Assembly (NCBI GenBank): GCA_036785375.1
Contig: JAWMAR010000006.1
Span: 19,344,001-19,408,000 of the forward strand
Length of the DNA stretch: 64,000 bases
DNA from: Leucoraja ocellata
Taxonomy: Eukaryota
Reading direction: 5' to 3'
Positions 22,977 to 30,500 of the stretch are shown here, in pieces. How positions within the stretch are numbered: position 1 is the first letter of the stretch; each line of letters starts with the position of its first letter. Below the pieces are notes generated by a model that was not told the origin of the DNA, did no database searches, and saw only the letters and a list, made by a program, of their open reading frames with translations. Made by a program: the position numbers and the translations under genes.

Positions 22977-25443
22977 TGTGAGCCAGAGATAGAGGGAGAG
23001 TGTGTATGGTGTGAGTGTACACACGTGCACCACAATGTTTCTCGGTCTCCCCAGTCCCGTGTGTCTGTGCTCACCTCCAGCCAGACGTACTGTGCAGCGG
23101 TTGGGATGGAGGGAATCTCAAACTGCACCTTGCTGTCCTCCGACACCAGCTCACTCGTGTAGACGTTGTCCTTCGGGGTGAGCTCGGCTTTGATCCGCAC
23201 CGTGATGCCATTTGCCGGGCTCCCATCGGGATAGGTCACCTCCACCTGAGTAAACAAGGAGCATGGGGAAGGGCAACGTTGGAACCTCAGGCACGGACAC
23301 ATCCGGGAGGGATATCCCGAGAGTGTGCCTGTCACGGCTGCAGGACCCACCTTGTACACAGTACAACAACTTAGCAGTGGAGCAGGTGAAAAGCATCAAG
23401 TTCCTGGGGGTGCATATAACAACGGATACCTTAACTTGGACTACAAACATCACATCTCTGGTAAAACGGGCTGAGAAGATCACACCTCCACCCTCCCATC
23501 CTCACCACATTCTACAGAAGCACCATTGAATCAGTCATGACCAGCTGCATCTCTATGTGGTGCAGCGGCTGTGCAGCTGCGGGCTGGAAGTGCCTTCAGA
23601 GAGTGGTGAGGACAGCGGAAAAAAACATTGGGACTTCTCTTCCTTCCATCATGGACATTGGTTACAAACGCTGTCTGATTAGAGCTAAGGGCATTACCAG
23701 AGCCCCCACACACCCACAATATGGACTGTTTACACTGCCGAACTCTGGGAGGAGGTACCGCAGCATGAAGAGCGGGACAACCAGGTTCTGCAACAGCTTC
23801 ATCCCCCAGGCCATAAGACTATTGAACTCACAATCAAACCGATGCTAGAACTTTCTTATACATTGCCACTTGTAAAAACGTTCCAATATATCTATTTTAC
23901 AGAACTATGCACATGAAGCACTTTGACTGATCGCCTGATATAAATGTTATATTCTGCTGCTACTTTGAAGAGTCAATGCGACGAAATTCCGTTCAATGTG
24001 CACTGTGTCTATGTGTATACCTGAATGACAATTAAAGTTATATTATTATATTATAAACTAACCCAAGAGAAATCCTTACATGAAGACGGCACAGGCCATC
24101 ACTTCATAGTCATGAACTTATCAGATCATAAGAGCAGAATTGTCACGTCTAATCCACCATTCAATCCTGGCTGATCCATCTCTCTTTTCTAACCCATTCT
24201 CCTGCCGTCCCTGACACCCGGACTAAGAACAAGGAGGGAAGAGACAAAGACTTTAATCACATTGAGGAGGTGCCTGGTGAACTCACTGTGGTGGATGTTA
24301 AATTTGTGTTTATTGTGTCTTTTTGTCATTTTTATCTATGTATGACTGCAAGGCAACAACATTTCGTTCAGACCGAAAGGTCTGAATGACAATGAAGGAT
24401 ACTTTGACTTTGACATTATCAAGAATATATCTATCTCTGCCTTAAAATTGACGTGGCCGCCACTGCCTTGTGTGGCAGGTTCACCACCCGCTGACCAAAG
24501 AAATTCCTCCTCATCTCCTTCCTAAAGGAACTTCCTGTAATTCTGAGGCTATGACCTTGGTCCTAGATTCTCACAAAGGTACAGCTGGTAGAGCTGCTGC
24601 CTCACACCTTCAGAAACCCAGGTTCAACAGGTGATGTCTGTTTGCAGTTTGCACGATCTCCCTGTGACCACGTGGGTCCACTCTGGGTGTTTGGAAAGAG
24701 ATGCCGGAGGAGGTCGTTGACACAGGTACTAAAGCAACGTTTAAGAAACATTTGGACAGGTAACGTGGATAGGACAGGTTTCGAGGGATACGGACCAAAT
24801 GCGGACAGGCGGGACTAGTGTAGGTGGGGCATGTTGGTCGGTGTTGTGCCAAAGGGCCTGTCTCTACACTGTATGACTCCAAGATAGTTCTCCATACTTT
24901 GGAGGCTCCCAGTTTCACAGCCCCAACATTGCGGTGGTGCAGCGGTAGAGTTGCTGCTTTACAGCGCCAGAGACCCTGGTTCGATCCTGACTACGGGTGC
25001 TGCCCGTATGGAGTTTTGCACGTTCTCCCCGTGACCGCGTGGGTTTTCTCCAGGCTCTCCGGTCTCCTCCCACACTCCAGAGACGTGCAGGTCTGTAGGT
25101 TAATTGGCTTGGCATCATCGTAAATTGTCCCCAGTGTGTGTTTGTGTCGATCGCTGGTGGGCTGGGGGGGCCTGTTTCCGCAGGGGTATCTCTAAAACTA
25201 AACTGAACAGCATTACCTTTCCTTTGTAGGGCAGGCCGGGCTTGAACTGCTTGCGAGTGTCCTTGGAGTACTTGATGTCGATCAGCTGCTTGTGGACGGG
25301 GGTTGAATCGTCGAAGGTGATCTGCGTGCTGCCGTCACCGCTCAACACCGAGGCCCAGATGTTGAGCGAGCCGCGGAATGTTCGGCGACGTCCACCGGCA
25401 TCATCTCCTTGACACAGATGGGAAAGGAGGCGGTGCCTTCAAG
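717..25443 (-). CDS. CPAMD8: CPAMD8 (C3 and PZP-like alpha-2-macroglobulin domain-containing 8), partial multi-exon gene span: 16 internal exons; 5' exons absent, 3' exons continue beyond the window start
   Basis: All exons have GT-AG boundaries. Their translations are colinear with vertebrate CPAMD8 (KQFKPGL..., [28 protein letters not shown], FAMeT-like domain, [18 protein letters not shown]). Five 1-nt deletions interrupt the frame. Confidence 0.95.
1659..1884 (-). CDS. CPAMD8: CPAMD8 exon ([11 protein letters not shown]...[17 protein letters not shown]...SERAMASMI)
   Basis: tag|GTG acceptor, ATAG|gtaaa donor, 226 nt, phase 0-1. Confidence 0.93.
3015..3295 (+). mobile_element. HE1-type SINE
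   Basis: same consensus. Confidence 0.82.
3347..3645 (-). CDS. CPAMD8: CPAMD8 exon, farnesoic acid O-methyltransferase-like domain ([14 protein letters not shown]...AHNDAHLAL...[15 protein letters not shown])
   Basis: cag|AA acceptor, CAG|gtgagt donor, 299 nt, phase 1-0. Confidence 0.93.
3970..5062 (+). mobile_element. CR1-clade LINE (HER1-like), 5'-truncated: RT C-terminal region + 3'UTR
   Basis: [32 protein letters not shown] motifs; (TTTCTATG)n tail. Confidence 0.93.
5522..5573 (-). CDS. CPAMD8: CPAMD8 small exon ([17 protein letters not shown])
   Basis: cag|CCT acceptor, ACG|gtacgt donor, 52 nt, phase 0-1; links the neighbouring exons in frame. Confidence 0.9.
6196..6337 (-). CDS. CPAMD8: CPAMD8 exon ([12 protein letters not shown]...[18 protein letters not shown]) with a 1-nt deletion near 6238-6241
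   Basis: cag|CC acceptor, GAG|gtgagg donor; 142 nt where 143 is needed for phase 1-0. Confidence 0.85.
6494..6702. repeat. Degenerate ~29-bp minisatellite (~7 units beginning GGGACC...AAGGCT)
   Basis: units such as GGGACCACGCCCGAAGGCACGTTGGTCAAC and GGGACCACGCCTAAAGCTCGTCGGTCAGC. Confidence 0.7.
6975..7170. repeat. C-rich low-complexity tract (G-rich on the CPAMD8 sense strand)
   Basis: direct reading. Confidence 0.9.
7192..7344 (-). CDS. CPAMD8: CPAMD8 exon ([27 protein letters not shown]...LGPANIT) with a 1-nt deletion near 7290-7294
   Basis: cag|GTT acceptor, CAG|gtaagg donor; 153 nt where 154 is needed. Confidence 0.87.
7838..8069 (-). CDS. CPAMD8: CPAMD8 exon, A2M domain ([27 protein letters not shown]...FFVDFTLP...YNYLQSCAE)
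   Basis: cag|C acceptor, GAG|gtacgt donor, 232 nt, phase 2-0. Confidence 0.95.
8294..8568. mobile_element. Inverted pair of PLE terminal repeats inserted in an HE1 SINE, flanked by a 13-14 bp direct repeat
   Basis: arms 8336-8433 and 8471-8568; AGGTTTGTAGGTT at 8281-8293 and 8569-8581. Confidence 0.8.
8471..8506 (+). ncRNA. Minimal hammerhead ribozyme motif (UUCG-capped stem II); inverted partner at 8401-8433 (-)
   Basis: CTGAAGA-A-GGGT(TTCG)GCCC-GAAA-CGTC. Confidence 0.62.
10267..10329 (-). CDS. CPAMD8: CPAMD8 small exon ([20 protein letters not shown])
   Basis: tag|A acceptor, CAG|gtaga donor, 63 nt, phase 2-2; FPETW motif of the A2M family. Confidence 0.93.
12068..12692 (-). mobile_element. 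CR1 (HER1-like) LINE 3' fragment
   Basis: [16 protein letters not shown]...LWNSLPQ; CATAGAAA tail on the + strand. Confidence 0.92.
13666..13808 (-). CDS. CPAMD8: CPAMD8 exon ([38 protein letters not shown]...)
   Basis: tag|GAA acceptor, CAG|gtgag donor, 143 nt, phase 0-2. Confidence 0.92.
14665..14823 (-). CDS. CPAMD8: CPAMD8 exon with furin-type site ([15 protein letters not shown]...[27 protein letters not shown])
   Basis: cag|ATC acceptor, AGT|gtaagc donor, 159 nt, phase 0-0. Confidence 0.93.
14980..15278 (+). mobile_element. HE1-type tRNA-derived V-SINE, full length
   Basis: GGGCGGCACAGTGGCGCAGCGG (A box), GGTTCGATCC (B box), V-domain, (CTAAA)n-type tail. Confidence 0.88.
16868..17017 (-). 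CDS. CPAMD8: CPAMD8 exon ([14 protein letters not shown]...[24 protein letters not shown])
   Basis: cag|ATC acceptor, AAG|gtagt donor, 150 nt, phase 0-0. Confidence 0.92.
17459..17492 (+). ncRNA. Minimal type I hammerhead ribozyme motif in a PLE terminal repeat
   Basis: GGT-CTGAAGA-A-GGGT(CTCG)ACCC-GAAA-CG-TC-ACC: intact core, stem II, palindromic ACGT stem III, 3-bp stem I. Confidence 0.7.
17750..18102 (+). mobile_element. CR1 LINE 3' fragment
   Basis: [19 protein letters not shown] and 3'UTR/tail. Confidence 0.88.
18480..18652 (-). CDS. CPAMD8: CPAMD8 exon ([45 protein letters not shown]...YENK)
   Basis: cag|AG acceptor, AAG|gtgcgt donor, 173 nt, phase 1-0. Confidence 0.92.
18690..19260. 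repeat. CT-rich low-complexity tract
   Basis: direct reading. Confidence 0.85.
19295..19484 (-). CDS. CPAMD8: CPAMD8 exon ([30 protein letters not shown]...QQRSRRA...)
   Basis: cag|GTG acceptor, ACC|gtgagt donor, 190 nt, phase 0-1. Confidence 0.9.
19608..19900 (+). mobile_element. HE1-type SINE
   Basis: same consensus. Confidence 0.85.
20205..20485 (-). mobile_element. HE1-type SINE
   Basis: reverse complement of consensus. Confidence 0.82.
22149..22275 (-). CDS. CPAMD8: CPAMD8 exon ([43 protein letters not shown]) with two 1-nt deletions
   Basis: cag|ACT acceptor, CAG|gtgagc donor; 127 nt where 129 is needed. Confidence 0.87.
22510..22740. repeat. (GA)n/(GT) compound microsatellite
   Basis: direct reading. 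Confidence 0.95.
23075..23245 (-). CDS. CPAMD8: CPAMD8 exon ([32 protein letters not shown]...AQYVWLE)
   Basis: cag|GTG acceptor, GAG|gtgagc donor, 171 nt, phase 0-0. Confidence 0.93.
23370..24055 (+). mobile_element. Rex1/Babar-clade LINE 3' fragment
   Basis: [25 protein letters not shown]...[14 protein letters not shown]; 3' AATGACAAT(T)AAA end. Confidence 0.85.
24928..25207 (+). mobile_element. HE1-type SINE ending about 10 nt from a CPAMD8 splice donor
   Basis: consensus match; tail abuts the donor at 25216. Confidence 0.82.
25217..25443 (-). CDS. CPAMD8: CPAMD8 exon ([33 protein letters not shown]...[32 protein letters not shown]) with a 1-nt deletion at 25377-25378
   Basis: cag|CTT acceptor, AAG|gtaatg donor; 227 nt where 228 is needed. 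Confidence 0.88.
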
Positions 25444-25954
25444 CTGCAGGGTTGGAAGAGAAGGAATGTGTGGGAACGTCAACGGCACCTTCATAAGGTC
25501 ATAGGAGCAGAATTTGGCCCTTCAGCCCATCAAGTCTACTACCACCACTCAATCATGGCTGATCTTTCCCTCCCTTCTAACCCAATTCTCCCGCCTTTTC
25601 CTCATAACCCCTGACACCCGTACTAATCAAGAATCTGTCTATCTCTGCCTTAAAAATATCCACTGACTTGGCCTCCACAACCTCCTGTGGCAAAGAATTC
25701 CACAGATTCACCACCCTCTGACCAAAGAAGGGTTCTCTGACATTTCATAGAGTCACACTGCATAGAAACAGGCCCTTCGGTCCAACTTGTCCACAGCGAC
25801 CAACATGTCCCATCTATACAAGTCCCACAAGCCTGCGTTTGGCCCATATCCCTCTAAACCTGTCCGACCCATGTACCTGCCCAAATGTGTCTTAAACTTT
25901 GCAATAGTCCCTGCCTCGACTACCTTCTCCGGCAACTTGTCCCGTACACCTAAG

Positions 25955-26405
25955 ATAGATGCAAAATGCTGGAGTAACTCAACAGGACAGGCAGCATCTC
26001 AGCCGAGGAGGAAAGGGTGATGTTTTGGGTTGAGACCATTCTGCACACTGAGAGTCGGGGAGGGAAGACACAGAGATAAGGAAGTGCAAGGTGTGGGAAT
26101 GAGACATCAAAGGTAATGGAGATCAAGGAAAATGTAGATCATTGTTAGCTGGGAGAAGGTAACAACAAAGCAGAGATAAAATGTAATCCGGGACAGTCAG
26201 GCTGGTCGGAAAACTGGGAAGGGGGAGGGATGGAGTGAGGGGGAAAGCAAGGATTACTTGAAGTTAGAGAAGTCAAATATTCATGCCGCTGGGGTGCAAG
26301 CTGCCAAACGAAATATTAGGTGCTGTTCGTCCAATTTGCAGTGGGCCTCACTCCGACAATGGAGGGGGCCCAGGACAGAAAGATCAGCGTGAGAATGGGA
26401 GGGGG
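25955..26405 (-). mobile_element. Penelope-like element 3' remnant: GIY-YIG C-terminus + 3'UTR + terminal repeat
   Basis: Minus strand reads DLSVLGPLHCRSEAHCKLDEQHLIFRL/GSLHPSGMNI/DFSNFK*, then a pyrimidine-rich UTR, a degenerate hammerhead and the GAGATGCTGCC...GAGTTACTCCAGCA repeat. Confidence 0.78.
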
Positions 26406-26611
26406 AGTTAAAGTAGACTCAAAATGCTGGAGTAACTCAGCTGGTGAGGCAGCATCTCTGGAGAGTAGGAATGGCCGAGTGTTTAGTAAATGGGAGATCA
26501 GGTAGGTTCAGGTGGACTGAGCGGACTCTGTGGAGGGAAATGAACAGATGACATCTCGGATCGGGATCCTTCTTCAGCTGCAATGCATTTAACCTACACT
26601 GTCCCTCCCTG

Positions 26612-26811
26612 NNNNNNNNNNNNNNNNNNNNNNNNNNNNNNNNNNNNNNNNNNNNNNNNNNNNNNNNNNNNNNNNNNNNNNNNNNNNNNNNNNNNNNNNN
26701 NNNNNNNNNNNNNNNNNNNNNNNNNNNNNNNNNNNNNNNNNNNNNNNNNNNNNNNNNNNNNNNNNNNNNNNNNNNNNNNNNNNNNNNNNNNNNNNNNNNN
26801 NNNNNNNNNNN
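26612..26811. other. Assembly gap (200 N)
   Basis: run of N. Confidence 0.99.
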
Positions 26812-27375
26812 GAAACAGGCCCTTCGGCCCACTCCGCGCATTGATACTACCCCACACACACACTAGGGTCAGTTTTACATTTATACCCAGCCAGTTAAAC
26901 CTACAAGCCTGTCGGTCTATGCAGTGCGGGAGGAAACCGACGATGTCTGACAAAACCTAGCCAGTCGGCATGGACTCAGGGGGCCGAAGGGCCTGTTTCC
27001 GCACTGTATCTCTAAACTAAACAGCTTCCCATAGACGTATGCCCCTGTCCCACTTAGGTAAACCTGGACGGAAACCTCTGGAGACTTTGCACCCTACCCA
27101 AGGTTCCCAGAGGTTTTAGTCTCAGTCTCTCTACCACCTCCCGCAACCACCTGCAACCTCCGGGGACCGCACGGAAACCTTTGGTGGGCGGGTCACCGGG
27201 AGGACGCACAAACTCCGTTGCCCTGCCCATCCCGCGCTGTATAGCCAGCGGGGTTATGGCAGGGTCGGCCCAGACCGGTGGCGGGGGGGGGGGGGGCGGG
27301 CTTCACGGTGGAACGCTGTATCGAGGGCTCGAAGCAGGGAACGTAATCATGCCCCTTTGTTCCTCCCGTCTCCAG

Positions 27376-27555
27376 AACGGGCAAACCCACGTGGGCTACC
27401 GAGACCTGATGCAGAACTACCAGCAGCTCCTGGCCCGGCTGGTGGTGGGAGAGAGGCAGAAGGCAGAGGTACAGTTCGTGCTCAACCTCTTCCAGTCCCT
27501 CCTGGACGAGTTTGCCCGCGGGTACTCCAGGAAGGAGGAGATGGAGGCGTTGAAG
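27376..27555 (+). CDS. MYO9B: MYO9B exon ([16 protein letters not shown]...[16 protein letters not shown]...LK)
   Basis: cag|AAC acceptor, AAG|gtgaat donor, 180 nt. Confidence 0.92.
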
Positions 27556-30500
27556 GTGAATCTGCCCACCGTGCTCTGGGGTGGAGTGGGGGTGGAGTGG
27601 GGGGGTTGGGTGGGTGGATGTGGTGTGGAGGGGTTGTATTGTGGGGGGGGTGGGTTGGGCTGGGGAGAGTGAATGGGGAGTGGGTGGGGTGGGGGGAGTG
27701 AGGGAGCAGTGAGGTGTATTGGGGGAGTGGGGTTGTATTGGGTGGGGCATGGATGGGTAGGGTGGGGTGGGAGTATTGGGGTTGAGTGGGTGGGTGGGGT
27801 GTGGGGGTGTTGGATTGGGGGGTGTGGGGTGGGTGTATCGGGTGTGGGGGGGTTAGGCTGGGGAGGTTGGGGTGGGGGGAGTGAGGGGCGATGAGACGTG
27901 TTGGGTGGGTGGAGTGTATTGGGTGTGGGGGGTTGTATTAGAGGGGGGTGGGGTGTATGTATGGGGGGGTTGTATTGGGGGGAGGGTGTGGGACATGATA
28001 CTATATGGATGGGAACAGTGGGACTGGCTGGGCGACTAGGTGTGAACTACATATGGGGAGTGAGGTGGGTGAGCTATTTTCACCGTTCACCTATTTCCAT
28101 CCTCTCCACCAGCCAACAAAATCCCAGAAGAAGAGGCGGAAACGCAATCGAAACGTAAGTTCTCACTCAGCGTTCCTCCCCGCCTTGAGATTGCCAACCT
28201 GCCTGCCCAATCAATTCAGGTCAATTCAATGGCAACAGATAACAATCCACCCAGTGGCAGTGGTAACCGGATAACACTGTTGTGGTGTGGGATTTGGAAA
28301 CGGGATGGCTGCAGGCCTGTTTGGTGGGTGCGTCTGGAGGATATTAACCCAGCCTCCGGCACGCTGGTGGGGGGGGGAGTGGGTGCTGGTCACGCTGATG
28401 AAGGTCAAGGCAGATTTGTTTGACTTCTTTTCAAATGCTGCCACACGTGAGTGGGTTTGGGGAGGGGGGAGGGGGGGTGCATTTGTGCTTCAGTTTTGTT
28501 GCGTGGAGGGGAAGGTGCCCCCCCCCCCCGTGGGCATGGTGTGGAGGTGCCCTGTGTAGCCATGGAAGGTGGCACGGTGGTAGATTTGCTTCCTCACAGT
28601 GCCAGGGACCCAGTGTTTGATCCTGACTACGGGTGCTGCCGGTACGGAGTTTGCACGTTCTCCCCGTGACCTGCGTGGGTTTTCTCCGGGTGCTCCGGTT
28701 TTCTCCCACTCTACAGACGTACAGGTTTGTAGGTTGATTGGCTTGGTGTAAGTGTACAACTTGTCTCTGGTGTGTGTAGGATAGGATTGGTGTGCGGGGA
28801 TCGCTGGTCGGCGCGGACTCGGTGGGCCGAAGGGCCTGTTTCCGCGCTGTATCTCTAAACTAAACTAAACTTTGAAGAGCGGCAACTGTTGCGAATCTGT
28901 GGAACTCTTTGCCAGAGAAGGCCAAACCAATGGATATTTTTAAGGCAGGGATAGATAGATTCTTGATTACTACGGGTGTCAGGGGTTAGGAGGGAGACGG
29001 ATTGAATGTGTGTAGTAGATTTTATTTTAATTTTAATTTTTTTTAATTCTATATTTCGAACAGAATAAAAGAATAAAAAGCAAGTGTGAAACAGCGTACA
29101 CAAAACAAAACAACAGTGTCATAAACAATATCTGTAAATAAATGACATTGTATGTGTCCAACTTGATGGGCCAAATGGCCTAATTCTGCTCCTATAACCT
29201 ATGAGCTTACGAAGTGTTTCCCTGATGGAGGGGTTGTGACTTTGGTGCATTCACTCTTTCAGAAGGAGGTTTACGGGCACATGTTCAGCAACTACCAGGT
29301 GAACATCCGCCAGTCGTGTGAGCAGTGTTCGTCCTACATCTGGCCCATGGAGAAGGCTCTGCTCTGCTGCAGTAAGTCCTCGCACCATCAGGGTTGGCCT
29401 TGGCTGTGAATCACAGTGGTGGGACCCAATGGTGGGGGTTTGGTTGAAAGGAAGAACTGGAGGAACTCAGCGGGCCAGGCAGCATCGGGATAGCTGATGT
29501 TTGGGTCGTGGTTCTTCTTCAGACTGATTGGGGGGGGGCAGTTCCACAGTTCACAAGGGAGGGGCAGGGAGAGGTGAAAACTGGGAGGCCAGTTCTTTAA
29601 CCCTGGTTGATTCAATAGACAATGGACAATAGGTGCAGGAGGAGGCCATTCGGCCCTTCGAGCCAGCACCGCCATTCAATGTGACCATGGCTGATCATCC
29701 ACAATCAGTACCCCGTTCCTGCCTTCTCCCCATATCCTCTGACTCCGCTATCTTTAAGAGCCCTATCTAGCTCTCTCTTGAAAGCATCCAGAGAACCTGC
29801 CTCCACCGCCCTCTGAGGCAGAGAATTCCACAGACTCACCACTCTTTGTGAGAAAAAGTGTTTCCTCGTCTCCGTTCTAAATGGCTTACCCCTTATTATT
29901 AAACTGTGGCCCCTGGTTCTGGACTCCCAACATTGGGTGCCAAATATATATTGCCTAAATTAGGACTGATTCTCCCACTGACCTCCCCCTTCGTTGATCC
30001 ATATGATTGAGAGGGAGTTAACACATGGTGCTTCTCTTCTGTACTCTGAATTTTCCTTTGAAAGTCACCGTCAGACCTGCTCCCATTCAACTCCCATTCA
30101 GATTATGACAGTCCCGCCATCCCGGGAATTAACCTTGTAAACCTACGCTGCACCCCCTCAATAGCAAGAATGTCCCTCCTCAAATTAGGACTCTCTTCTC
30201 AATCAGTCTAGTTTAAAGGTGAGAGGGGCAAAGTTTAAAGGGGATGTACGGGGGTAAGTGCACGTGCTGCCGGGGGGTGGTGGTGGCGGAGGCAAGAGTC
30301 AAAGAGTGTTTTATTGTCATATGCCCGGATGGGACAATGAAATCCTTACTTGCTGCAGCACAACAGAATATGTGAACATAGAACATAATGGGGTGTAAGA
30401 GAAAAAAATATTCAAAAAGTTAAATTAATACAAATATATATTGCAATAATAATAATAGTATTTTGCAGTTCAGAGCTCAGAGCTTATCCGATGTTGTGTT

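Noticed and set aside
25444-27555. Motor-less MYO9B or bidirectional mini-promoter
   Set aside because: The junction coincides with a 200-N scaffold gap; both flanking exons are internal with splice acceptors and no start context
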